This document shows positions 49,868 to 56,535 of a stretch of 64,000 nt of DNA, one piece after another. The DNA lies in IMG/VR virus record IMGVR_UViG_3300031949_000013, positions 30,012 to 94,011 of that record; one strand, written 5' to 3'. Source of the DNA: a virus. Under the pieces are notes generated by a model that made no database searches, was not told where the DNA came from, and worked only from the letters and a program-made list of their open reading frames with translations. A program made the position numbers and the translations under genes. The number at the start of each line of letters is the position of its first letter. Positions within the stretch are counted from its first letter, which is position 1.

Positions 49868-49938
49868 AGCGGATGACGGGAATCGGACCCGTGTCCCTAA
49901 CCTGGCAAGCTAGGACTCTACCATTGAGCTACACCCGC
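49868..49938 (-). tRNA. tRNA-Gly(GCC), second copy
   Basis: Loop TT-GCC-AG. Confidence 0.85.
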
Positions 49939-49941
49939 AAG

Positions 49942-50052
49942 ACTGTGACTGACCCCTGTCGGGCTTCCGTGTATAAGACGGAGTGGGGACCATCCCCAAA
50001 CGAACACCACCAGGGCACTCGTGCCGGAATCGAACCGACTATTTATCACAGC
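49942..50052 (-). ncRNA. Circularly permuted tRNA-like RNA retaining a TAT anticodon arm
   Basis: Order: closing stem, T-arm, closed acceptor, D-arm, anticodon arm TCCGT-CTTATAC-ACGGA, closing stem. Confidence 0.6.
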
Positions 50053-50108
50053 TTCCTATTCGGTTGTCTCCACAAAGGAGTGCCGAGAGGCGAGGCCGTT
50101 CACCTCGG

Positions 50109-50179
50109 AGCCTCCAGAGAGAATCGAACTCTCGCCGGTCCCATACCAAGGGACTACTCGACCTTCGAGCTATGGAGGC
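50109..50179 (-). tRNA. tRNA-Thr(GGT)
   Basis: Loop TT-GGT-AT. Confidence 0.9.
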
Positions 50180-50303
50180 ATTGGGCAGTCTCTCCTGCTG
50201 TTACACCACTGTGGCAGGTGTCGCCCTCCGTTGTGCTGGAGACGCAGTCGAAGAAACCGGTGGTCCCACGATCCAAAAGATCGTCATCCGCTGCTTCGGC
50301 TAG

Positions 50304-50374
50304 TGGAGCCAGAGAGAATCGAACTCTCATTTCCAGCTTGCAAGGCTAGCACACTCCCGTTGTGTTATGGCCCC
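50304..50374 (-). tRNA. tRNA-Ala(TGC)
   Basis: Loop CT-TGC-AA, G3:U70. Confidence 0.92.
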
Positions 50375-50383
50375 ATGGTTGGG

Positions 50384-50459
50384 TGGTACCCCCGCTCGGA
50401 TTCGAACCGAGAAACAATCAGCTTCGAAGGCTGAAGCCTGTATCCATCAGGACGAGGGC
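50384..50459 (-). tRNA. tRNA-Arg(TCG)
   Basis: Loop CT-TCG-AA, CCA. Confidence 0.85.
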
Positions 50460-50461
50460 AT

Positions 50462-50538
50462 TGGTTGCAGGAGCCGTGTTGCACCGGCATGGCCAAGGTT
50501 ATGAGCCTTGGTTGGGAGCTAGGACTACCCTTCCTGCG
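50462..50538 (-). tRNA. tRNA-CAT, initiator-like (C1:A72), atypical D/T loops
   Basis: Loop CT-CAT-AA, CCA. Confidence 0.7.
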
Positions 50539-50539
50539 G

Positions 50540-50613
50540 CGTCTCTGGCAGGAGTCGAACCTGCATGAACCCAGCTTCGGAGGCTGGTGCCTTATCCATT
50601 AGGCCACAGAGAC
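50540..50613 (-). tRNA. tRNA-Arg(CCG)
   Basis: Loop CT-CCG-AA. Confidence 0.92.
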
Positions 50614-50865
50614 ATTGTGAATCAGTCTCAATCGACGACGAAGCTTCCGCATCGCCTGCCACTCGATCTGGCGAACCCTCTCTGCACTCAGTCCAAGAAT
50701 GAAAGCAATCTCTTCCAGGCGGGTCTCTCCAACATCGGCGAGATCCAAGACACAAAGAGTGTCACTGTTGCTGGTTCTTTGGTGGTACACGCAGGAAGAC
50801 CACTTGCAAGGTCTTGCCTCGTTAATCCCTCCAGGTAAGCAGTCACCACGTGTCTTCGGATCCAC
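50599..50865 (-). CDS. Small Cys-rich protein with sigma70 region-4 HTH
   Basis: TRLEEIAFILGLSAERVRQIEWQAMRKLR. Confidence 0.75.
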   Translation of the reverse strand: MDPKTRGDCLPGGINEARPCKWSSCVYHQRTSNSDTLCVLDLADVGETRLEEIAFILGLSAERVRQIEWQAMRKLRRRLRLIHNVSVA

Positions 50866-50892
50866 AGAATCACCGCTACACCAAATAGTTTG

Positions 50893-50964
50893 CGGGGCCG
50901 ACGGGAATCAAACCCGCCTCGCTGGCGTGACAAGCCAGTCGCCTCATCAGATGCGTACGGCCCC
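50893..50964 (-). tRNA. tRNA-Asp(GTC)
   Basis: Loop TT-GTC-AC. Confidence 0.85.
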
Positions 50965-50968
50965 ATTG

Positions 50969-51040
50969 CGATGCTACGGGGAGTCGAACCCCGATTTTCT
51001 CCGTGACAGGGAGATGTCCTAGCCGTTAAACGATAGCACC
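50969..51040 (-). tRNA. tRNA-Asp(GTC), second copy
   Basis: Loop CT-GTC-AC. Confidence 0.92.
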
Positions 51041-51044
51041 AATC

Positions 51045-51385
51045 CTGAGCATCTCTGTAAGCGGGGTTCTGTCGTGGATAGTTATTCCTCTAGGCCCACC
51101 GTCACCGATGGGCTCAAGCAGCAACCCGGAGACTCGGGCGAGCAGCCCTCGAACGTCCCCTGTTTGCCTTGCTCCGGGCCTCGCCCCATGCCTCACGTGT
51201 TACCACGTGAGCGGTGGGCTTTTACCCCACCGTTTCACCCTTACCTAATGCAAGCACTAGGCGGTCTGTTTTCTGTTGAACGAGTGAGACATCACTGCCT
51301 CCCAGGCGTTACCTGGAACCCTGCTCTATGGAGCCCCGACTTTCCTCAGGGCCGGAGAAGCCCTGCAACTATCTGAGGTACTCAA
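51045..51385 (-). ncRNA. rnpB: RNase P RNA (bacterial type A)
   Basis: P4 halves GAGGAAAGTCGGGGC and ACAGAACCCCGCTTA; GGGTGAAACGGTGGGGTAAAAGCCCACCGC; GGAGCAAGGC; P1 terminal stem. Confidence 0.93.
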
Positions 51386-51391
51386 GTTGTT

Positions 51392-51542
51392 GAGAATGGT
51401 GACAAGGGACGCAGAGACTATTTTGGGACCTGTGCTCTGCCAACTGAGCTACGTCCTCCGTAATCGTTTCCGGGGAGAACGACGGGACTCGAACCCGTGA
51501 CCACTGGTTTGAATTGTAATCCCTACAGCATTCACCACTCTC
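51392..51542 (-). ncRNA. Y RNA-like 2 (canonical YrlA architecture)
   Basis: GTGGTGAATGCTGTAGGGATTACAAT, T-arm GGTTCGAGTCC, closed acceptor, D-arm GCTCAGTTGGCAGAGC, TTGTCACCAT. Confidence 0.9.
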
Positions 51543-51544
51543 GG

Positions 51545-51618
51545 TAGGCGCACTGAGAATCGAACTCAGACCTCCAGTTTATCAGACTGGCGTCCAGAAC
51601 CAACTAGACTATACGCCT
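51545..51618 (-). tRNA. tRNA-Ile(GAT)
   Basis: Loop CT-GAT-AA. Confidence 0.9.
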
Positions 51619-51622
51619 GTAG

Positions 51623-51695
51623 CGTCCCCACAGGGAGTCGAACCCTGATCTTCTCGCTGAGAACGAGAGATCCTGAGCCATTAGACGATGGGGAC
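51623..51695 (-). tRNA. tRNA-Glu(CTC)
   Basis: Loop TT-CTC-AG. Confidence 0.9.
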
Positions 51696-51706
51696 ATGAA
51701 TGAAAG

Positions 51707-51838
51707 GCGACGACAAAAGTTGGTGTGTCAACACCTCATCTCCAAGGTTTCCCTCTTCGAAGGTGGGTATCGATCCCACTCCTCCAGCTCTTGCGAGCTG
51801 ACGTGCTGACCATTGTAGACAACACCGGCATTCGTCGC
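51707..51838 (-). ncRNA. Y RNA-like 3 (non-permuted D/AC/T-like cargo)
   Basis: GCGACGAATGCC..CTACAAT ... TTGTCGTCGC. Confidence 0.75.
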
Positions 51839-51915
51839 TGGCGTCCCCAGAAGGATTCGAACCTTCATGAACCAGGTTTCGTAGACCTGTGCCTTATCCA
51901 TTAGGCCATGGGGAC
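51839..51915 (-). tRNA. tRNA-Arg(ACG)
   Basis: Loop CT-ACG-AA, CCA. Confidence 0.93.
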
Positions 51916-52300
51916 ATGAAGTCGTCGATGCGTGCGGAGTCGATGGCAGACTGCGCATACAAGATCACACTTGGCGATCTCCCGCAGAATAACCTCTCGG
52001 CTGACCCTGAGATTGCGCATCGTCGCGACGGCCATCACCTTCTTACCTCGAACATGATCGAAGTCCATCGCACACGGATGATACTCGTTACCGCAATCTA
52101 TGCAGGGCTTCCTCTTCAACTCGTTGATGAACTCGTCGTAGGCAAGGTTGTGAGCCCTGGCCTTTGTGAGATAATAAGCCTTGTTTTCTCGGTAATGCCG
52201 GCGAGTGTACTGCCGATGGCATTCCTTGCAGAAAGGGTTGAAGCCGTCTTTCCGGGACGTGTTCTTGGTGAGTCTAACAAATAGATTCGTAGACCTTACA
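51901..52300 (-). CDS. HNH-like endonuclease (start uncertain, possibly 5'-truncated)
   Basis: CKEC, CIDCG...DFDHVRG...KCDLVCAVCHRLRT; paralog of 56470-56952. Confidence 0.65.
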
Positions 52301-52307
52301 CTCTTCC

Positions 52308-52382
52308 TGGTGACCCCAGCGAGTGTCGAACTCGCTTTTTCAGCGTGAGAGGCTGATGTCCTAGCCGGTAGACGATGGGGCC
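52308..52382 (-). tRNA. tRNA-Glu(CTC), second copy
   Basis: Loop CT-CTC-AC, CCA. Confidence 0.9.
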
Positions 52383-52612
52383 GTATCGAAGTCTGGGAAG
52401 ATGGGCTGGAAAGGCTTTCGTCGAGGAGCTTCCGGGGGCTGTGTGCTTGCCTCGACAAGAGCTTCCGGGGGCGGTGTGCTCTCCTCAATCGTTACTTCCG
52501 AGGAGCGTGGTGCTACAGCTCTGAAAGAGGAAGACTCACAGGCAAAGCTGCAATACTCGGTAGTCGTGTATACCGCTGGCTTCTGACCACACCAAGCACA
52601 AGGTCGTTTCAC
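52361..52612 (-). CDS. Small Zn-binding hypothetical protein
   Basis: CAWCG...YCSFAC. Confidence 0.5.
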   Translation of the reverse strand: MKRPCAWCGQKPAVYTTTEYCSFACESSSFRAVAPRSSEVTIEESTPPPEALVEASTQPPEAPRRKPFQPIFPDFDTAPSSTG

Positions 52613-52614
52613 TT

Positions 52615-52690
52615 TGGCGCCCCTGGCAAGATTCGAACTTGCACCGACCACTTTAGGAAAGTGATGCCCTATCCGTTAGACCACAGGGGC
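52615..52690 (-). tRNA. tRNA-Arg(CCT)
   Basis: Loop TT-CCT-AA, CCA. Confidence 0.92.
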
Positions 52691-52702
52691 GTAGACTACA
52701 CC

Positions 52703-52789
52703 TGGCGGAAGATAGAGGTCTCGATCCCCAGTCCGTTCAGGACCGCACCGCTTTCAAAACGGGCTCAGCTCCTAGCCGATTTACCTTCC
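52703..52789 (-). tRNA. tRNA-Ser(TGA), 8/4 fold
   Basis: 8-bp acceptor, 4-bp T-stem, long D-stem, loop TT-TGA-AA. Confidence 0.82.
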
Positions 52790-52945
52790 GTAGTCGGCCC
52801 GCTGTTCTTTCTCAGAGAGCCTGGCCTTCTGCTCTTGCCGAATCTGCTGACCTAGGTTGCCCTTCATACCATTGCCCTTATGGGGCTTGCACCAAAGACA
52901 ACCAGCACGAAGGTCTTTCCGCTTACCACGCTTGTGATGCGCCAT
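52781..52945 (-). CDS. Small basic protein (54 aa)
   Basis: MAHHKRGKRKDLRAGCLWCKPHKGNG..., RBS AGGAG. Confidence 0.6.
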   Translation of the reverse strand: MAHHKRGKRKDLRAGCLWCKPHKGNGMKGNLGQQIRQEQKARLSEKEQRADYGR

Positions 52946-53063
52946 GAGTCACTCCTTGCCGGCGTCACCGGCTTGAAAGTGATCTCGTGGACATCCCAAA
53001 TGGGCGTCATGACCTGAGAAGTTGGCAGTTTCGGGGCGAGTTGTCAACCGTTTATGAATCCTC

Positions 53064-53495
53064 TTGGGCGTGGTCGTCTATCCTTCAACGACAAGCTTCC
53101 TACTCGCCATCGGCCCCTACGTGACCGACCAGGGAAAGTACGTGCTCTGGCAGGACCAGGGCCAACAGCTCTTCGGGCTTCAGCGGAGAACAAACCTGCA
53201 AGACATCCTAGCCATTCCCTTGGATGAGATCCTCTCAGAGCTTGGTCTCTTGCAATTCTGCTCAAACACCACCCAGCGAGCCTGGGTAGATACCTGGATG
53301 CGAGTCGTCGAGGCTGCTGTGACGTTGCCGGGTGTCGGCTCCTACTACTACAACCTCCTGCTAGCTCAAGCATCGGCCCATCTGACTCTCGGGGGCAACA
53401 GCAACATAGTTGCAACCCTCTCAGTCCAGGCGGGGGTAGCATCGAGCTTGAGCGGCAACAGCTCGCTTTTTGCAGATGCTACTGTGACACCCTGA
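53064..53495 (+). CDS. Hypothetical protein, antisense to the RNA operon
   Basis: 143 aa ORF filling a gap between tRNAs. Confidence 0.55.
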   Translation: MGVVVYPSTTSFLLAIGPYVTDQGKYVLWQDQGQQLFGLQRRTNLQDILAIPLDEILSELGLLQFCSNTTQRAWVDTWMRVVEAAVTLPGVGSYYYNLLLAQASAHLTLGGNSNIVATLSVQAGVASSLSGNSSLFADATVTP

Positions 53496-53570
53496 TGGTC
53501 GGAGATGCGGGGATCGAACCCGCCGACGCCGGTACCCGAAACCGGTGGCCCACCCTGAGCCTTATCTCCG
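53496..53570 (-). tRNA. tRNA-Pro(CGG)
   Basis: Loop TT-CGG-GT, CCA. Confidence 0.88.
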
Positions 53571-53572
53571 AT

Positions 53573-53646
53573 TGGTTGGGGCAGCAAGGATCGAACTTGC
53601 ATAGCGAGCTTCAAAGACTCGCGTCTTGCCATTAGACGATGCCCCA
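53573..53646 (-). tRNA. tRNA-Gln(TTG)
   Basis: Loop CT-TTG-AA, CCA. Confidence 0.9.
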
Positions 53647-53650
53647 AAAC

Positions 53651-53756
53651 GTACCAACGAGTAGTTGAGAGTCCGTGAGCACCAGCTCATACAGGCAGGA
53701 ATCGAACCTGGCCTTCCATAGGTTGGTTGGATTGTAAACCCTCAGGCATTTGGTAC
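53651..53756 (-). ncRNA. Y RNA-like 4 (T- and D-arm only)
   Basis: GTACCAAATGCCTGAGGGTTTACAAT ... CTCGTTGGTAC. Confidence 0.72.
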
Positions 53757-53784
53757 CGCCCCAGTCCGAAGACCGGGGTGAGTC

Positions 53785-53886
53785 TCACTTCGACCGCTTC
53801 TTGTTGCGGTACGCCTTTCGCCAACAAGGACGGCACATACAGGGCCGGCCGAGTAGCTCAGTGGCAATCAAACACCACCGACACAT
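53785..53886 (-). CDS. 33-aa Cys-rich basic peptide with hairpin-sequestered SD
   Basis: AAAGGAGGTGA then MCRWCLIATELLGRPCMCRPCWRKAYRNKKRSK. Confidence 0.5.
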   Translation of the reverse strand: MCRWCLIATELLGRPCMCRPCWRKAYRNKKRSK

Positions 53887-53978
53887 CAGCATCACCTCCT
53901 TTCAAGCGAGGTGAGCTACGGGGGTCTGTCCTTTCTGATAGTCATCTGTTCTCCTTGAAGTTGCTTCCGGAGAGATTG

Positions 53979-54049
53979 TTGGCGAGCAGGGACTCGAACC
54001 CCGATACCGAGAACCAGAATCTCGTGTCCTGCCATTGGACGACTCGCCA
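53979..54049 (-). tRNA. tRNA-Gln(CTG)
   Basis: Loop TT-CTG-GT. Confidence 0.9.
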
Positions 54050-54052
54050 AAT

Positions 54053-54203
54053 GTCGCGACAAGGTGTTGCAGAGACGTTCAACCCTTTCGGGACCGGTGT
54101 GTCTGCCGTTCCACCACTCACTCCGAAGAGTGAAGAGGGAGTCGAACCCTCAAGCTCTTTCGAGCGCCGGTTTGCTTATTGTAGTCCCTACTGCATTCGC
54201 GAC
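54053..54203 (-). ncRNA. Y RNA-like 5 (permuted tRNA-Leu-type cargo with variable arm)
   Basis: GTCGCGAATGCAGTAGGGACTACAAT, V-arm, T-arm, UUCG-capped acceptor, Leu-type D-arm GTGGAACGGCAGACAC, TTGTCGCGAC. Confidence 0.88.
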
Positions 54204-54205
54204 GG

Positions 54206-54289
54206 TGTCACCGAAAGGAGTCGAACCTTCACGCCCTTTTAGGACACGAGCACCTCAAGCTCGCGTGTCTGCCATTCCACCACGGTGAC
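54206..54289 (-). tRNA. tRNA-Leu(GAG), second copy
   Basis: Loop TT-GAG-GT. Confidence 0.92.
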
Positions 54290-54293
54290 GTAA

Positions 54294-54445
54294 ACCTGAT
54301 CCACTCAAAGCCCAAGGGAAGGGTAATGCAGGCAAGATAGACTTGGTGACCACCACGCTCGCACCTTCCCAGGTCGTAAGACCTGTCCGCACCCGACCAA
54401 GAAGGTTACGGAATTTACTTTCCCAGGGCTCTGAATGGATCAGGC
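54294..54445 (-). ncRNA. 6S RNA-like rod with central bubble
   Basis: ~28-bp imperfect closing stem, two-sided ~13-nt bubble, apical stem. Confidence 0.55.
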
Positions 54446-54447
54446 GG

Positions 54448-54520
54448 TACGGGACGTGGGGATCGAACCCACCTGATCTTGCTTGTCGAGCAAGTGCCGT
54501 CACCAGACGACAAGTCCCGC
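54448..54520 (-). tRNA. tRNA-Val(GAC)
   Basis: Loop TC-GAC-AA (C33). Confidence 0.85.
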
Positions 54521-54524
54521 ATGA

Positions 54525-54741
54525 TCAACCTCGACTAGAATGACCGAGACTGGCGCTCGTCACGCCTGTATGGCCGGCACATTACATCCCCACGGTGCCT
54601 TTCGACATCGTGTCCAGTTTGGATGCAGTTCGCCCCGCAGGAGATAAGTACGAGACCTATCTCCCGCCGTCGCTAACTGGATTGCTCCAGGCTCGCTACC
54701 TTAGGACCGTTATTGTAATCCCTGTCGGCATTCGAGATTGA
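54525..54741 (-). ncRNA. Y RNA-like 6 (cargo starts with 23S rRNA H69/H70 sequence)
   Basis: CTCGAATGCCGACAGGGATTACA-ATAACGGTCCTAAGGTAGCGA ... CTAGTCGAG. Confidence 0.8.
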
Positions 54742-54742
54742 T

Positions 54743-54817
54743 TGGTCAGGGCGGCGGGGATTGAACCCGCCAACGCCAGTCCCCCAGACTGGTGGCCCAC
54801 CTTGAGCCTTCGCCCTG
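54743..54817 (-). tRNA. tRNA-Pro(GGG)
   Basis: Loop CT-GGG-GG, CCA. Confidence 0.88.
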
Positions 54818-54828
54818 ATAGCTACATG

Positions 54829-54912
54829 CGGAGAACACTGGAGTCGAACCAGACACCTTTCGGTGCAATCGGTTTAGCAAACCGTTGAGCGTCCACACAC
54901 TCTTTGCTCTCC
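54829..54912 (-). tRNA. tRNA-Ser(GCT), 8/4 fold
   Basis: GGAGAGCA/TGTTCTCC acceptor, CTGG/CCAG T-stem, loop TT-GCT-AA. Confidence 0.82.
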
Positions 54913-54978
54913 ATAACCGCCCGCCTACCAGAAGTGTCCAGTGATTTCTCACTAACTGCCCCCAGTGCGCAACGGTAG

Positions 54979-55063
54979 CGGAAAACGGAGGTCTTGATCC
55001 CCAGTCCCGTAAAGGACCGCACTGCTTTCGAGGCAGGCTTGGCTCCTAGCCAATTCATTTTCC
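54979..55063 (-). tRNA. tRNA-Ser(CGA), 8/4 fold
   Basis: Loop CT-CGA-AA. Confidence 0.82.
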
Positions 55064-55067
55064 ATAG

Positions 55068-55114
55068 ACGACCTGTTCCGTTGCTCCCTTCCGGGCCTGG
55101 CGGGTACAGATCGT
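55068..55114 (-). ncRNA. ffs: Minimal SRP (4.5S) RNA domain IV
   Basis: CGCCAGGCCCGGAAGGGAGCAACGG core closed by ACGATCTGT/ACAGGTCGT. Confidence 0.78.
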
Positions 55115-55202
55115 TGGCGGAAAGCCGAGGTCTTGATCCCCATACCCTTTCAGGTACACATCGCCTTCCAAGCGAGTCTGGCCCCCGGCCAGTTGACTTT
55201 CC
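55115..55202 (-). tRNA. tRNA-Ser(GGA), 8/4 fold
   Basis: Loop TT-GGA-AG, CCA. Confidence 0.82.
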
Positions 55203-55223
55203 ATTGTTGACCCATCACTCGAT

Positions 55224-55484
55224 ATGGACTCGCTGGCCCAACGAGTAGCCAAAAGATTCTCCTTCAAGTACGTCCCGAAGGAGAAGAAGCAGCACAAGAT
55301 TGATCGGTTGATGGAGGTCATCCGAGACGCCACCGGCATATCTCGTGGCATCGCAGAGGACATCGCTGATGCTGTTGTCCGTGGACGGAATCTCGATGCC
55401 TTGAGCATTCAGAAAAACTGGCCCGTGGATGATGGGTTCTTAAAGGGACCATCGGGCCAATTATCTCTAAACGAACTAGGTTAG
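55224..55484 (+). CDS. Hypothetical protein (MDSLAQRVAKRF N-terminus), antisense to the RNA operon
   Basis: 86 aa ORF filling an inter-tRNA gap. Confidence 0.65.
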   Translation: MDSLAQRVAKRFSFKYVPKEKKQHKIDRLMEVIRDATGISRGIAEDIADAVVRGRNLDALSIQKNWPVDDGFLKGPSGQLSLNELG

Positions 55485-55502
55485 GGTCACGATGGGATTC
55501 GA

Positions 55503-55577
55503 TGGTCGGGGAGGGGAGAATCGAACTCCCAATTTCCTGTACCCAAAACAGGCGACCTACCATTGGCCTACACCCCG
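55503..55577 (-). tRNA. tRNA-Pro(TGG)
   Basis: Loop TT-TGG-GT, CCA. Confidence 0.9.
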
Positions 55578-55581
55578 ATTC

Positions 55582-55730
55582 AAGCGACGACGAGAATTGC
55601 AGAGACTCCGTTTAGGTGTCCTGACCACTAGACGACAGTGCAATGAGTCTTGTTCTGTTGCACCGCCAGGATTCGAACCTGGGTCACCCGCTTAGAAGGC
55701 GATTGTAATCCCTACTGGCATTCGTCGCTT
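55582..55730 (-). ncRNA. Y RNA-like 7 (permuted tRNA cargo retaining Arg-UCU anticodon hairpin)
   Basis: GCGACGAATGCCAGTAGGGATTACAAT-CGC CTTCTAA GCG, T-arm, acceptor, D-arm, CTCGTCGTCGC. Confidence 0.88.
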
Positions 55731-55805
55731 GGTGGCTAGGGTCGGGATCGAACCGACTACACGCGGATTTTCAATCCGCTGCTCTACCTTCTGAGCTACC
55801 TAGCC
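55730..55805 (-). tRNA. tRNA-Phe(GAA)
   Basis: Loop TT-GAA-AA, CCA. Confidence 0.93.
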
Positions 55806-56023
55806 AGATCCGGTTTTCACGTCTCCGGGCTGCACTACAGATTCGGTGGGGATGATATCGACGGGGGATGACCGGAAACCTGCCCAACCTCAGCTCCCGC
55901 TATTCTGTAGCCGCTGTGTTGAGAGACGCAAGCATCTCCAAGACCTAGGTGAAGTCGTGCCTTCCCAGGTTCAACACCTGCCCCGTGTGTAACGGACATT
56001 GAAGCCGTATGCACGAGACATCG

Positions 56024-56095
56024 AGCCCGCAGCCGGAATCGAACCGGCTTATCCGCCTTACGAGAGCGGTGCCTCACCATTTAGGCGTTACGGGC
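56024..56095 (-). tRNA. tRNA-Thr(CGT)
   Basis: Loop CT-CGT-AA. Confidence 0.9.
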
Positions 56096-56097
56096 AC

Positions 56098-56238
56098 AGC
56101 ATCGACGAGTTATGGAGGAGACCATCAACCCACCACTAACCGGGCTTCACTCCGGCCGAAGTGGATCGTCCCCCAATACCCACTACCGAAGTGATGAGCA
56201 TTGGCGGGACGATTGTAATCCCAACCGCATTCGATGCT
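56098..56238 (-). ncRNA. Y RNA-like 8 (two-hairpin non-tRNA cargo)
   Basis: AGCATCGAATGCGGTTGGGATTACAAT ... CTCGTCGATGCT. Confidence 0.8.
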
Positions 56239-56241
56239 TAG

Positions 56242-56312
56242 TGGAGATGAAGGGAATCGAACCCTTATTAGAAGACTGCCAGCCTTCCGTTCTCCCGTTG
56301 AACTACATCCCC
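56242..56312 (-). tRNA. tRNA-Ala(GGC)
   Basis: Loop CT-GGC-AG, G3:U70. Confidence 0.9.
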
Positions 56313-56316
56313 GTAG

Positions 56317-56387
56317 TGGAGTCATGGAGAATCGAACTCCAATTTCTGCGATGCGAACGCAGCGTACTCCCGTTGTACGATGACCCC
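56317..56387 (-). tRNA. tRNA-Ala(CGC)
   Basis: Loop TT-CGC-AT, G3:U70. Confidence 0.9.
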
Positions 56388-56396
56388 ATTTGCTTC

Positions 56397-56457
56397 GAGT
56401 TGACTAGGTGTTGCGAAGACTTCGTTTAGCCATTGTAATCCTCACGGCATTCAACTC
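56397..56457 (-). ncRNA. Y RNA-like 9 (minimal, stem only)
   Basis: GAGTTGAATGCCGTGAGGATTACAAT..GTCTTCGCAACACCTAGTCAACTC. Confidence 0.75.
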
Positions 56458-56464
56458 TCAGCGG

Positions 56465-56535
56465 CAGGGCTAGTAGGAGTCGAACCCACTCGGCAACGGA
56501 TTTGGAATCCGTCCGGCTACCTCAGCCTTAGCCCT
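56465..56535 (-). tRNA. tRNA-Trp(CCA)
   Basis: Loop TT-CCA-AA. Confidence 0.85.

Noticed and set aside
52703-52789. tRNA-Sec or suppressor tRNA, or a recoded genetic code
   Set aside because: Anticodon reads TGA (Ser), not TCA; no CTA/TCA/TTA anticodon was found, and conserved genes end normally at TAG, TGA and TAA
54693-54713. 23S rRNA gene fragment
   Set aside because: Only 21 nt match and they are embedded in a Y RNA scaffold; flanks are not rRNA
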